A DNA stretch of 64,000 nucleotides from Lentisphaeria bacterium (GTDB lineage: Bacteria > Verrucomicrobiota > Lentisphaeria > Victivallales > UBA1829): NCBI GenBank assembly GCA_017503375.1, contig JAFVTF010000001.1:13322-77321 (forward strand), written 5' to 3'. The notes under the pieces are model-generated. The model searched no databases and had not been told where the DNA came from. It saw nothing but the letters and a program-made list of their open reading frames with translations. Position 1 is the stretch's first letter, and each line of letters begins with the position of its first letter. Positions 17,329 through 27,568 of the stretch are shown piece by piece. The position numbers and the translations under genes were made by a program.

Positions 17329-19949
17329 ATAAGAAACCCGTACTCCTGCGAAGCCTCTTCGCGCTCCTCGTTCTCGGGGTGTTTATCTTTTCCATGTTCC
17401 CCCTGGGACAGAGAGATTTCAACAAAACTCTTTCCGGCATGATGGATGATCCCGAAAATGCTGAATATCAGGAAGTCCTCAAAGTCGCCGGTGAGATCAA
17501 AGCCGCTGAAAATAAAGCCGGACGTCAGATTTTTGATTCTGCAGCCATTGAAGAAGCTGCTCAGAAAATCGAAAATCAGAAAGCTGCAAAAGATGGGAAA
17601 TACGATGAAGGCGGAAAATCTCTGCTGAAATTCGTGAAACCTGTCATCAAAAAGAGCCAGAAATTCACAAATAACAAAGATGTGATCGCTCACGCAAGAC
17701 GTCTTTCTGCAAGTTCCATCCGTCTGGGGATCGACCTCAACGGCGGTGCAGAATTCATGCTGAAGCTGGAACCTGTTGCTACTGCTGAACGTTCCGAAAA
17801 AGACATTCGCGATAACTTTGCCCGTTACCGTGACATCGCAATCGAAAACCTCCGTGAACGTATCGAAGGTTTGAATATTTACGAAAGTGAAATCTCTCCT
17901 GCAGGCGATGAATATATTTCTTTGCGTATTCCGACTGTTTCCAAAGAAGAAAAAGTCAAACTGCAGAATCTGATTGAAATGTCCGCCCGTCTGAGCTTCA
18001 ATCTTGTTCATGAAAACAATGCTTCCGAAGTTCAGAAGTACATGGAAATGGGCAAAGATCAGTATCAGGTTCCCTCCGGCTACATGGTCATGGTATCTGT
18101 AGAAGGTTCCGGCGCACGCGAAAGCCAGATCTGCATTGTCAAACGCGACCAGGAAATGGATGGTAAAAATATTACCAACGCATTTGTCAATATGACTCAG
18201 TTCGGACAGCGTGAAATCATCCTGAACTTCAACTCTCAGGGTGCTGTCGATTTCGCCAATGTTACCAAAAAGAACGTTGGACGCCAGCTTGCAATCATTC
18301 TTGACGGAAAACTTTATTCTGCTCCGACAATCAACCAGGCGATCACCGGCGGTAACGCTCAGATCACCGGTAACTTCGCACGTGAAGATGCTGAAAACAT
18401 CGCCAATGCTCTTGTCAGCGGAAGCGTTCCCTTCAAGATGAAAATCGAATCCCAGTACGATATCGAACCGACCATCGGTCTTGAAACAGTCCGCGATGGT
18501 ATGTGGAGCGGTATCGCCGGTATGATCCTCGTCATGATCTTTATGATGCTTTACTACCGGAAATCCGGTCTTGTTGCAAATATCTCTCTGCTTTGCAACG
18601 CCGCAATGATGATGGGTGCTATTGCTGCATTCAACGTCACTCTGACACTCCCCGGTATTGCGGGTATTATCCTGACCATCGGTATGGCTGTTGACGCAAA
18701 CGTTCTGTTCTATGAACGTATCCGCGAAGAAATGGATAAAGGAAAGAGCGTTGTCAATGCAATCAATGTCGGTTTCTCCAAAGCATTTGTTGCTGTATTT
18801 GACTCCAACATTACAACTCTGTTTGTTGCCGCAATTCTGCTGTGGCTCGGTACCGGTGCGATCAAGGGATTTGCAATGTCTCTGACGGTCGGTATTTTCA
18901 CAACTCTGTTCACTGCCGTATTCCTGACCCACCTGCTTTTCGATTTGATGGCACGTTGGAATCCGGATATGAAGCTGTCCATGTTCTCTTTCGTGAAGAA
19001 ACAGCTGAATCTCGACTTCCTCGGACCCCGTAAGATCGCGTTTGTAATTTCCGGAATTCTGATTGTTGCGATCATCGTAACAACCTGCATCAGAGGAAAA
19101 GATATTCTCGGTATTGACTTCACCGGAGGTACCCAGATCGTTTATGATTATGCCAAGGTGATCCCGGCAGAACAGATTGACACAGCACTTGCCAAAGCCG
19201 GATACGATGCAAAAGTTCTTTACAAAGCATCCGGTTCTGTCGCAGATTCCAAGAAGAAACTGGAAGTTCTTTGCCGTCCTGCAGGAAAATCAATGGAAAA
19301 AGTAGATGCTCAGAATATTACTGCCGCAATGAATAAAGCGTTCCCCGATGCCAAGTTTGTTGCAGAATCCAATTCTGAATTGGGAGCTTTGATCGGATGG
19401 ACCTTTGCGAAGTCCGCAATGCTTTCTCTCGGGTTGGCAATTCTCGGTATGATCTTCTACCTGACTCTGCGTTTCCAGTTCTCTTACTCTATTGCTGCAA
19501 ACGTGGCTGTTATTCACGACGTTATCATCGGATGCGGTCTTTACGTCATGTTCGGCGGACAGATCACCATGAACGTTGTTGCTGCAGGTTTGACACTGAT
19601 CGGTTACTCAGTGAACGATACCATCGTCAACTTTGACCGTATCCGTGAAAACCTGAGAACTGAAAAAGGCATGAACTACTCTCAGGTCATCAACCTCAGT
19701 TTGAATCAGACTCTTGCCCGTACGATTCTGACCACTCTGACCACCATGCTTGTGGTTCTGATGCAGTTGATCTTCGGCGGTGCAACGATCCGTGACTTTG
19801 TTGTCGTGATGCTGATCGGTATGGTTTCCGGTGTTTACTCCACCCTCTATATCGCAACCCCGATCATTGACGCATGGCACAAGAAAGATAAAAATATTCA
19901 TGATGCCGAGATTGCACCGAAAGCGGTTGTGACCGGCGAAGGAGCATAA
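17325..19949 (+). CDS. secDF: protein translocase subunit SecDF (fused)
   Basis: 874 aa with two 6-TM bundles (LTLPGIAGIILTIGMAVDANVLFYERIREE and GYSVNDTIVNFDRIRENL). 4-nt overlap with yajC. Confidence 0.93.
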   Translation: MNKKPVLLRSLFALLVLGVFIFSMFPLGQRDFNKTLSGMMDDPENAEYQEVLKVAGEIKAAENKAGRQIFDSAAIEEAAQKIENQKAAKDGKYDEGGKSLLKFVKPVIKKSQKFTNNKDVIAHARRLSASSIRLGIDLNGGAEFMLKLEPVATAERSEKDIRDNFARYRDIAIENLRERIEGLNIYESEISPAGDEYISLRIPTVSKEEKVKLQNLIEMSARLSFNLVHENNASEVQKYMEMGKDQYQVPSGYMVMVSVEGSGARESQICIVKRDQEMDGKNITNAFVNMTQFGQREIILNFNSQGAVDFANVTKKNVGRQLAIILDGKLYSAPTINQAITGGNAQITGNFAREDAENIANALVSGSVPFKMKIESQYDIEPTIGLETVRDGMWSGIAGMILVMIFMMLYYRKSGLVANISLLCNAAMMMGAIAAFNVTLTLPGIAGIILTIGMAVDANVLFYERIREEMDKGKSVVNAINVGFSKAFVAVFDSNITTLFVAAILLWLGTGAIKGFAMSLTVGIFTTLFTAVFLTHLLFDLMARWNPDMKLSMFSFVKKQLNLDFLGPRKIAFVISGILIVAIIVTTCIRGKDILGIDFTGGTQIVYDYAKVIPAEQIDTALAKAGYDAKVLYKASGSVADSKKKLEVLCRPAGKSMEKVDAQNITAAMNKAFPDAKFVAESNSELGALIGWTFAKSAMLSLGLAILGMIFYLTLRFQFSYSIAANVAVIHDVIIGCGLYVMFGGQITMNVVAAGLTLIGYSVNDTIVNFDRIRENLRTEKGMNYSQVINLSLNQTLARTILTTLTTMLVVLMQLIFGGATIRDFVVVMLIGMVSGVYSTLYIATPIIDAWHKKDKNIHDAEIAPKAVVTGEGA

Positions 19950-19952
19950 ATA

Positions 19953-20849
19953 ATGAAAACAGCTTATATTTTTTCCGGACAGGGAGCACAGACCGTCGGC
20001 ATGGGAAAAGATCTTTATGAAAATTCCCCTGCCGCAAAAGCGGTTTTTGACAAGGCAGATGAAATCCTCGGCTGGAGCGTTTCCGATGTCTGTTTCAACG
20101 GACCTGCTGAAAAATTGACCGAAACCAAGTATTGCCAGGTGGCAATTTACACCACCAGCATGGCATGTCTGGCATATTACCGTGAAAAGAACGGCGGAGA
20201 TCCCGATGAAGTGGTCGGCTGTGCCGGATTGAGTCTCGGGGAATATTCCGCATTGGCAGCTGCCGGATTCTTCAGTTTTGAAGACGGTTTGAAGCTTCTG
20301 GAACAGCGTGCTCTGTTTATGGATGAAGCCTGCCGCGCCACTACCGGCGGGATGGCAAGTATCCTTGCCGGAGATCCTGCTGTGATTGCAGAAGTCTGCG
20401 CAGAATGCGGTATTGATGTCGCCAACCTGAACTGCCCCGGTCAGATCGTGATCAGCGGTGAAAAGGAAGGCGTTGCCAAAGCTTGTGCCATGCTCAAGGA
20501 AAAAGGTGTGAAACGTGCATTGCCGCTGAATGTGGCAGGTGCATTCCATTCCCGTCTGATGGCTTCCGCCGGGGAAAAACTCCGCGGACCTCTGGCTGAA
20601 ACCCCGGTTGCAGTTCCTGCAATTCCTGTTGCTCAGAACTTCACCGGAAAATTTGAAAATGATCCCGCTGTGATCAAGGAAAATCTTGCCGGACAGGTCG
20701 CTGGAAGCGTCCGCTGGGAAGAATGTGTCCGTGCAATGATCGCCGCTGGCGCAGAACAGTTCGTTGAGTTCGGTCCCGGCAATGTGCTGACCGGACTTGT
20801 CAAGAGAACAGATGCAACAAAACAACTCGTTAACATCAACGGAATTTAA
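19953..20849 (+). CDS. fabD: malonyl CoA-ACP transacylase
   Basis: FSGQGAQTVGMGKDL and active-site GLSLGEYSAL. Confidence 0.92.
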   Translation: MKTAYIFSGQGAQTVGMGKDLYENSPAAKAVFDKADEILGWSVSDVCFNGPAEKLTETKYCQVAIYTTSMACLAYYREKNGGDPDEVVGCAGLSLGEYSALAAAGFFSFEDGLKLLEQRALFMDEACRATTGGMASILAGDPAVIAEVCAECGIDVANLNCPGQIVISGEKEGVAKACAMLKEKGVKRALPLNVAGAFHSRLMASAGEKLRGPLAETPVAVPAIPVAQNFTGKFENDPAVIKENLAGQVAGSVRWEECVRAMIAAGAEQFVEFGPGNVLTGLVKRTDATKQLVNINGI

Positions 20850-20861
20850 GGAGAGAGAAAA

Positions 20862-21605
20862 ATGGGTAAACTTGAAGGCAGAGTAGCCATTGTTACCGGA
20901 AGTGCTCGCGGTATTGGAAAAGCAATCTGCGAAAAATTGGCAGCTGAAGGCGCAAAAGTCGTCGTTGTTGATATCAGCCAGGATGCAGTCGATGCAACCG
21001 CTGCTGAATTTACAGCAAAAGGAATTGATGCGTTCGGCGTTGCCGCTAACGTTGCTAAAATGGAAGATTGCGAAGCAGCTGTTAAGGCTGTTATGGAAAA
21101 ATACGGCAGAATCGACTTCCTCGTCAACAATGCCGGTATCACTCGCGATACCCTCATGCTCCGTATGGGCGATGCTGAATGGGATTCCGTTATGGCTGTC
21201 AACCTGAAAGGTGTGTTCAACTTCACCAAGGCTTGCATCAGACCTATGATGAAGGCTAAATTCGGTAAGATCGTTAATATGGCATCTGTTGTCGGCCGCA
21301 TGGGTAATGTCGGACAGGCAAACTACTCCGCATCCAAAGCCGGTGTGATTGCTCTGACCAAGACCACTGCAAAAGAATTTGCAACCCGCGGTATCACCTG
21401 TAACGCAGTTGCTCCCGGATATATCATCACCGATATGACCGAAAAGCTTCCTGAAGAAGCACGTAATGCATTCCTGCAGTTCATCCCCATGAAGCGCGGC
21501 GGACAGCCCTCCGATGTGGCTAATGTCGTTTACTTCTTCTGCTCCCCCGAGTCCGATTATGTGACCGGTCAGGTGCTGAACTGCTGCGGCGGATTCCTGA
21601 TGTAA
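20862..21605 (+). CDS. fabG: 3-oxoacyl-ACP reductase
   Basis: SDR motifs VTGSARGIGKAI, NNAG and YSASKAG. 247 aa. Confidence 0.92.
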   Translation: MGKLEGRVAIVTGSARGIGKAICEKLAAEGAKVVVVDISQDAVDATAAEFTAKGIDAFGVAANVAKMEDCEAAVKAVMEKYGRIDFLVNNAGITRDTLMLRMGDAEWDSVMAVNLKGVFNFTKACIRPMMKAKFGKIVNMASVVGRMGNVGQANYSASKAGVIALTKTTAKEFATRGITCNAVAPGYIITDMTEKLPEEARNAFLQFIPMKRGGQPSDVANVVYFFCSPESDYVTGQVLNCCGGFLM

Positions 21606-21639
21606 TCTGCGTTTCAGTTCTGAATGAACTTTATAACTG

Positions 21640-21674
21640 CTGCTGCCGATTATTGGCATGCAGCAGTTTTTTTT
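21640..21674 (+). terminator. rho-independent terminator after fabG
   Basis: CTGCTGC ... GCAGCAG stem followed by TTTTTTTT (21667-21674). Confidence 0.65.
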
Positions 21675-21720
21675 GCTTTTGGGGGAACCACGGAAGTCAC
21701 GGAAAAAACACAGAAATTTT

Positions 21721-21756
21721 GCATTTCTATTTTTGGTGCATAAAAAATAGAAATGC
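21721..21756. promoter_or_regulatory. 14-bp perfect palindrome upstream of blc (possible operator)
   Basis: GCATTTCTATTTTT - 8 nt - AAAAATAGAAATGC. No T-run follows, so it is not an obvious terminator. Confidence 0.3.
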
Positions 21757-21831
21757 TGTGGAGTATGATTGAAAAATAACGGAACTTTTGGTTACACCGG
21801 CATGTTTAAAAATGAAACAGGAGGTGTGAAG

Positions 21832-22371
21832 ATGAAGTTGATGGTTATTTTTTCAGTGGTTGCTGCTTTGGTTATGACGGGATGTTCCATGAAGAACCGA
21901 ACGGACAATATTCCGGCTGTAACGGGTTTTGATTTGCCGCGTTATATGGGGAAATGGTATGAGATAGCCCGGTATCCTCATTGGTTTGAGAAGGGCTTGA
22001 GTCATGTTTCTGCAACGTATTCTCTGCTGCCCGATGGGAAAGTGCAAGTCGTGAATAAAGGAATTCTTCCTGATGGAAAGCTGCGGTTGATAAAAGGTGT
22101 TGCCGTTGCCTGTCCGCCTGCCGGGAGCGGAGAATTGAAAGTATCATTTTTCCGTCCGTTTTACGGTGCGTACCGGATTGTTTATCTTTCGCCGGAATAT
22201 GATTTTGCGATTGTGACCTCATCGACAAAAGATTATTTGTGGTTGTTATCCCGGAAGAAAGAGATCAATGCGGAACAGAAAGATTTTTTCCTGAACTGGA
22301 TTCGGGAACATGGCTTTTCCTCTGTTCCGTTGATCTGGGTTGAGCAATCCGGGGAGTCTGCAAAGCAGTAA
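21832..22371 (+). CDS. blc: outer-membrane lipocalin Blc
   Basis: Start moved to Met22 (SD GGAGGTG). MKLMVIFSVVAALVMTGC lipobox. YMGKWYEIARYPHWFEKG lipocalin signature. Confidence 0.88.
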   Translation: MKLMVIFSVVAALVMTGCSMKNRTDNIPAVTGFDLPRYMGKWYEIARYPHWFEKGLSHVSATYSLLPDGKVQVVNKGILPDGKLRLIKGVAVACPPAGSGELKVSFFRPFYGAYRIVYLSPEYDFAIVTSSTKDYLWLLSRKKEINAEQKDFFLNWIREHGFSSVPLIWVEQSGESAKQ

Positions 22372-22374
22372 GGT

Positions 22375-23178
22375 TCAAAGATGAAATTTTTTCTGATTCC
22401 GCTGTTTCCAATGAAAGAGGGCTGCGGAAGAGGAAAAACCAAGTTCATAGGCCATTTCTTTCAGAGAAAAATTCTGTTTTGCGGTGATTTTGAAATAGCG
22501 GTCGACACGTTTCCGTAATAAATATTCCCGGAAGACCATTCCGGTGTATTCTGTGAATCTGCGCTGGAAATGCACTTTACTGTATCCAGCCAGAAGTGCT
22601 AAAGAGTCCAGGGTGCAGTTCAAGCTGGGCATTTTATCAATATAGTCAAGGATTTTTTCCATGATTTCGTGCTGTGCATTACGAAACGGGAATTTTTTTT
22701 CTTTTTCAGCAGACCTCAGAAAATGATTGATCAGAACTGTTATGATATGTCCGATTTCATCCGTTGCCTCTTCGTTTTCCGAAATATTCAGTTCATTCCA
22801 TATATGATATATAAAATCATTAAAGGAACCCATGGAAACGATTTCAGAACTGGCAATTTTATTTTCCTGCCAAAGATGGATTCTCAGCATATCGGTCCAG
22901 AAAGAGCCCCACCAAAAGACAGCGTTCGGGTCCGGATAATGACCTTCTGTATGCTGTTCCATGGAATCCAGCAGGACGATATCACCTGCATTCAATTGAA
23001 AACATTTATTTTTCAGTTTGAATGTACAATTTCCGGAAATGACTGCCATAATTTCCCGGAAATCATGTTTATGATGTTTATTTCTCAGCCATTCCATGGT
23101 GATCGGTTCAATATTTTTTATATGATCCGGAGAGGTTTCCGCAGTAACGATGCGTCCGGAAAAATGAAATTTCAACAT
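22375..23178 (-). CDS. AraC-family transcriptional regulator
   Basis: Cupin-like N-terminus and C-terminal double HTH (..LAGYSKVHFQRRFTEYTGMVFREYL..MAYELGFSSSAALFHWK). Start placed at Met21 (CAT 23176-23178). Confidence 0.85.
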   Translation of the reverse strand: MLKFHFSGRIVTAETSPDHIKNIEPITMEWLRNKHHKHDFREIMAVISGNCTFKLKNKCFQLNAGDIVLLDSMEQHTEGHYPDPNAVFWWGSFWTDMLRIHLWQENKIASSEIVSMGSFNDFIYHIWNELNISENEEATDEIGHIITVLINHFLRSAEKEKKFPFRNAQHEIMEKILDYIDKMPSLNCTLDSLALLAGYSKVHFQRRFTEYTGMVFREYLLRKRVDRYFKITAKQNFSLKEMAYELGFSSSAALFHWKQRNQKKFHL

Positions 23179-23328
23179 ATTTTCCACCTTTCTTTTCGGT
23201 ATGATATGTTCAATCATGAAAATGATATATATAATCAATACTTTTCATATATTTTACATTGTTTTTTGAAAAAATCAAGTTATTTTTTAAGAAAGAACCC
23301 TATAAAAACAACTATGAGGAGAGAAAAA

Positions 23329-24546
23329 ATGTCTGAACTTGCAATCAATGGCGGAACACCGCTTTTCCAGAACAATGAATTCAAAGTGATGCCGTGGCCG
23401 CCTGTCAGTGAATCGACAGCAGATAAACTCCGGGAAATATATATGTCCCGTCAATGGAGTTTCAACAGTCCGACGGAACAGGAATTTGAAAAGGAATTTG
23501 CAGCATTTCACGATGCGGAATTCGGGATTCTGATGAGTAACGGAACCGTGACTTTGGAATGTGCACTGGAAGCTCTTGGAGTTGGTCCCGGCGATGAAGT
23601 GATTGTTCCTGATCTTACCTGGATTGCAACCGCTATGAGTGTCCGTTATGTTGGAGCGACATGTGTGTTTGCGGATATTGAAAAAGACACATGCTGTTTG
23701 AGTCCGGAAGCGTTTGAAAGAGCGATCACACCGAAAACAAAGGCAGTGATACCTGTTCACCTTTATAGCAGTATGGCTGATTTGGAAAAGATCATTGCAA
23801 TTGCGGATAAGCATGGGATTGCAGTGATTGAAGACTGTGCCCACATGCACGGCGGGAAATGGAACGGCAAAGGCTGCGGTTCCTGGGGTGCGATCGGCAG
23901 TTTCAGTTTCCAGCAGAGCAAAGCCATGTCAGCCGGAGAAGCCGGAATCTGTATTACCAACGATCAGAAACTTGCGGAACGGCTTTACCGTGCAAAGCAC
24001 ATTGGATATTCCCGTTATGACAAACAGGGGCAGGCAGGCACACCGCCGCCGCAGGATTTGCTTTGTCACAACTATCGGGGGCTTGCATTGCAGGCGCAGA
24101 TTTTGCGTGATCAACTGGCAGATTTCCCGGCATTGAATCAGAAACACAATGATTTCAATGCTCTTCTGGAAAAAGAACTTGCACAGATTCCCGGTGTCCG
24201 TCTGCAAAGCAAAGGTCGTTTGGCGACACGTCAGGGGTATTATGCACAAGGTGTGATTTTTGATGGTGACGGATTTGAGAAAATCAACAGTGAAAAGATC
24301 CGTGCGGCACTTTCTGCTGAAGGGGTGAACGTGATCAATACAACGTATGGTTCTGTCCGCAATCACCTTCTTTTCAACATGAAACCGGAAGATTACCGTC
24401 TTGCTCCGGGCGGCTGTCCCAATGCAGAAGAGATTGTGCAGCGGATGATGGTGATTCTGCATTATGGTATGGCAGATCAGGAAAATGCTGTCAGCTTTGC
24501 CGCAGCGGTCAGAAAACTTGCAGAAAACAAGTCTGAGTTGATGTAA
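23329..24546 (+). CDS. DegT/DnrJ/EryC1/StrS-family PLP aminotransferase (paralog 1)
   Basis: True start MSELAINGG with SD GAGGAG. The upstream part of track ORF 22669-24546 is antisense to araC. Motifs NGTVTLECAL, IEDCAHMHG and SFSFQQSK (PLP lysine). Confidence 0.88.
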   Translation: MSELAINGGTPLFQNNEFKVMPWPPVSESTADKLREIYMSRQWSFNSPTEQEFEKEFAAFHDAEFGILMSNGTVTLECALEALGVGPGDEVIVPDLTWIATAMSVRYVGATCVFADIEKDTCCLSPEAFERAITPKTKAVIPVHLYSSMADLEKIIAIADKHGIAVIEDCAHMHGGKWNGKGCGSWGAIGSFSFQQSKAMSAGEAGICITNDQKLAERLYRAKHIGYSRYDKQGQAGTPPPQDLLCHNYRGLALQAQILRDQLADFPALNQKHNDFNALLEKELAQIPGVRLQSKGRLATRQGYYAQGVIFDGDGFEKINSEKIRAALSAEGVNVINTTYGSVRNHLLFNMKPEDYRLAPGGCPNAEEIVQRMMVILHYGMADQENAVSFAAAVRKLAENKSELM

Positions 24547-24559
24547 GGAGGGTCTCAGG

Positions 24560-25939
24560 ATGAGAGCCGGTTTTGGAAAAACAGATATTACCCCGCGTGT
24601 AGGGGTTGAACTTTACGGTTTCGGACCATTTTTGAACCGGAAATCCATAGGTGTCCGTGATATTCTGGAAGCCCGCAGTGCTGTATTTGAGTGCGATGGT
24701 CATACCGTGGTCATTATTTCTCTGGATCTCTGTGCGATACATCTCCGCAGTCTGATCAGTAAGATCCGTACAATAATCCGGGAAAGGCATCCGGAATTGA
24801 ACGACTGTGATATCATGATCAATACCAGTCATACCCATTCCGGTCCGGCGATCCATTCACGGAATTCCGGATGGGGAGTCACTGATCCTCCGTGGCTTGC
24901 GATTCTGCCGGGAAGAATTGCGGCATCCGTGGATGAGGCGTTCGGGAAAATGGAACCTGTCAAAGTATTTCAGGCGATGGTTCCCTGCCGTCACATGGGA
25001 TTGAACCGGGTATATGACAAAGATGCACCGCCGCTGCAGGATGTGCTCCGTGAGGATTGGGAACCTGCAAAACCGGAGCTGACAGATACGGAATGCCGTG
25101 TGATCCGATTTGATTCCGCAGATGGAAAAATGATAGGATTTATGGCAAACTTCGGATGTCATCCGGTCGTCTGCTGTGCCTCGAACCGTTATATCCACGG
25201 CGATTGGCCCGGCGTTGCCATGCACAATCTGATGCGGGAATTCCCCGGTTCTGTGGGGATGTTCCTTCAGGGGGCGGAAGGTGATGTCAATTCCGGGTGT
25301 GTGCATAAGGGTGAACAGGAGTCTCTGCTTGCACTGGATGTATTTGCCGCGCGTTTTGCCAATGCTGTCCGGAAGGGATTTCAGACAGCGGAAGAAGTGG
25401 AAATTCCTTTTATCCGGAGCATTTCCAAAGAATTTTTCTTTCAGGGGAAACCGGTATTTTCTCTGGAAAAACTGGAAGAAATTCAGCGGGAACAGGAAGC
25501 TATTCTGTTTTCCGAAAATGCGACGGATGACAATGGAGAATGCCGGATGGCAGCAGTTTATCTGCAGGGAATCGAGATCGTAAAAGGGATCCTTGCGCGT
25601 GGTGAGACCGGATTGCGCGAAGAACTTCATATTATCCGCATGGGTGATTTGCAGTTCATGGGTGCGCCGTTTGAAATCATGCAGGCGATCAAGAATGATA
25701 TTGTTGCAGCTTCCCGGGTGAAATATCCCATGGTGATGAGTTTAACCAACGGCAGCCGCGGATATGCTCCGGATAATGAATCTCTTCAGGGCGTTAACCG
25801 GATCATTGGCAACGGCAGAGAGGGTAATTATGAATCTATCAAGGTCCCCTTGATAGCCGGACAGCTTCCGTTCGCCGATATTCACAATGAACTGGTTCGC
25901 TATATGGCAGAATTGGAACATGAACTGGATGGAGAATAA
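24560..25939 (+). CDS. neutral/alkaline-ceramidase-N-terminal-domain-like hydrolase
   Basis: MRAGFGKTDITPRVGVELYGFG..., SLDLCAIH and NTSHTHSGP resemble the non-lysosomal ceramidase-like family. Substrate unknown. Confidence 0.6.
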   Translation: MRAGFGKTDITPRVGVELYGFGPFLNRKSIGVRDILEARSAVFECDGHTVVIISLDLCAIHLRSLISKIRTIIRERHPELNDCDIMINTSHTHSGPAIHSRNSGWGVTDPPWLAILPGRIAASVDEAFGKMEPVKVFQAMVPCRHMGLNRVYDKDAPPLQDVLREDWEPAKPELTDTECRVIRFDSADGKMIGFMANFGCHPVVCCASNRYIHGDWPGVAMHNLMREFPGSVGMFLQGAEGDVNSGCVHKGEQESLLALDVFAARFANAVRKGFQTAEEVEIPFIRSISKEFFFQGKPVFSLEKLEEIQREQEAILFSENATDDNGECRMAAVYLQGIEIVKGILARGETGLREELHIIRMGDLQFMGAPFEIMQAIKNDIVAASRVKYPMVMSLTNGSRGYAPDNESLQGVNRIIGNGREGNYESIKVPLIAGQLPFADIHNELVRYMAELEHELDGE

Positions 25940-25944
25940 GTACA

Positions 25945-26682
25945 ATGATCAAGGTGACAATATGGAACGAATACCGTCAGGACCGGGATATTGATTTTAT
26001 CCGGGCTGTTTATCCGGAAGGGATTCATGCTGCTTTGAAACAGGGGCTTTCTGCCCCGGATCTGGAAATCCGGACTGCTGTACTGGATGATCCGTGTCAG
26101 GGCTTGAGTGATGAGATTCTGGATTCTACAGATGTTCTTGTCTGGTGGGCACATGCGGCGCATCAGGAAGTGACGGATGAGAATGTAAAAAGAGTTCTGG
26201 CAAAAGTTAATTCCGGGATGGGGTTGATCGTACTTCATTCGGGGCATTATTCCAAAATTTTTCAGGCAGTTTGCGGGACAAGCTGTTCTTTGAAATGGCG
26301 GGAGTCCGGAGAAAAGGAACGGTTATGGTGTATTCAGCCGTTTCATCCCATTGCCCGTGATGTTCCGGAGACTTTTGTGGTTCCGCAAACGGAAATGTAT
26401 GGTGAACGGTTTGATATTCCAGACGATGCAAGAACGATTTTTATGTCCTGGTATGAAGGTGGAGAAGTTTTCCGCAGCGGCGTGACATTAGAGCGCGGTT
26501 ACGGGAAGATTTTCTATTTTTCACCCGGACATGAAAGTTTTCCGATCTACTATCAACCGGAAATCCTGAAAGTGATTGGTAATGCGATCCGCTGGGCTGC
26601 ACCTCTTTGCCGCGGAATCATCTCTGCGCCATGTGTAAAAAATCAGGAGCCGCTTTATTCTCTGGAGAAAAATAAAGAATAA
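25945..26682 (+). CDS. ThuA-domain protein
   Basis: MIKVTIWNEYRQ..., VLVWWAHAAH and GLIVLHSGHYSKIF are typical of the ThuA (trehalose-utilisation-like) fold. Confidence 0.75.
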   Translation: MIKVTIWNEYRQDRDIDFIRAVYPEGIHAALKQGLSAPDLEIRTAVLDDPCQGLSDEILDSTDVLVWWAHAAHQEVTDENVKRVLAKVNSGMGLIVLHSGHYSKIFQAVCGTSCSLKWRESGEKERLWCIQPFHPIARDVPETFVVPQTEMYGERFDIPDDARTIFMSWYEGGEVFRSGVTLERGYGKIFYFSPGHESFPIYYQPEILKVIGNAIRWAAPLCRGIISAPCVKNQEPLYSLEKNKE

Positions 26683-26753
26683 ATAAGATTTTCAGAGAGC
26701 TGTTATCAAACGGGATTAACGTTTAACAAAAATCAAATAAGAGGAAAATAACA

Positions 26754-27563
26754 ATGCTCCAAATAAAACAAAAAGACTGCTCTTATGTACCGCCGAAAGC
26801 TTCATCCCGTCGGTGCAGAAATTTTACCCTGATAGAATTGCTTGTTGTAATTGCGATCATCGCAATTCTTGCGGCAATGCTGCTGCCAGCGTTGAATACT
26901 GCCAGAAATTATGCCAGACAGTCATCATGTCTCAACAACATGAAACAAAATCTTCTTGCCTGGCAAATGTATGCAAATGCCAACGACGGAGCAGTTCTTC
27001 CGAACAAAATGAAATACTCTGAGTCTGTTCCTTACAACTGGGCGGATATGATTTTCCTGAAAGATGCTTTCGGAAAGCAGAGTATCACCAAAAACGGAGA
27101 ATATTCCCGGATCAAAACACTGATTTGTCCGGCTGCAGAGAAACACAAGACTGCCTACAACTGGATCCAAATCGAACTCGATTACATGTATCGTGACTGG
27201 TTTTCCGGAGCCGCCGTTCCTTACGGAAGTAAGATTTCCCTTATGACAAAGATCAATCAGGCAGGGGCTTATGCTTCAAAATCTCTTGTCTGGATCGATA
27301 CCTGGCGAAGTACGGGGACTGTTACAAGTCTTTACTTTCAGGGCGCAAAACGTTCTGACAGCAGAACAGATCTTGAAGTGAATATTGCAGAATACCGTGC
27401 ACATCCCGGCGGTGCTTCTCAAAGTTTTGTTGACGGTCATGCAGAAATACAGAATTACTTTTGGGTGACTGTAAAGGGCGCACCGTCATGGGGATACAAG
27501 TGGGTGAACGTTTGGAATCAGGATATCGGCGGCGGTGCGGCTAAAGATTTCCGCTGCAAGTGA
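26754..27563 (+). CDS. prepilin-type N-terminal domain protein with H-X9-DG motif
   Basis: ..[38 protein letters not shown] and C-terminal [12 protein letters not shown]. Confidence 0.88.
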   Translation: MLQIKQKDCSYVPPKASSRRCRNFTLIELLVVIAIIAILAAMLLPALNTARNYARQSSCLNNMKQNLLAWQMYANANDGAVLPNKMKYSESVPYNWADMIFLKDAFGKQSITKNGEYSRIKTLICPAAEKHKTAYNWIQIELDYMYRDWFSGAAVPYGSKISLMTKINQAGAYASKSLVWIDTWRSTGTVTSLYFQGAKRSDSRTDLEVNIAEYRAHPGGASQSFVDGHAEIQNYFWVTVKGAPSWGYKWVNVWNQDIGGGAAKDFRCK

Positions 27564-27568
27564 AATGA

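Noticed and set aside
17220-18932. 570-aa ORF antisense to yajC/secDF
   Set aside because: It lies entirely inside a well-supported SecDF gene, has a low-complexity composition, and has no start context. It is an antisense-frame artefact.
19608-21659. 683-aa ORF antisense to secDF-fabD-fabG
   Set aside because: It spans three independent, motif-verified genes and two intergenic spacers on the opposite strand. A real gene would not ignore those boundaries.
22669-23328. N-terminal 220 codons of track ORF 22669-24546
   Set aside because: This part is antisense to the AraC gene and crosses the divergent promoter region. The aminotransferase homology begins at the ATG at 23329, which has a GAGGAG SD.
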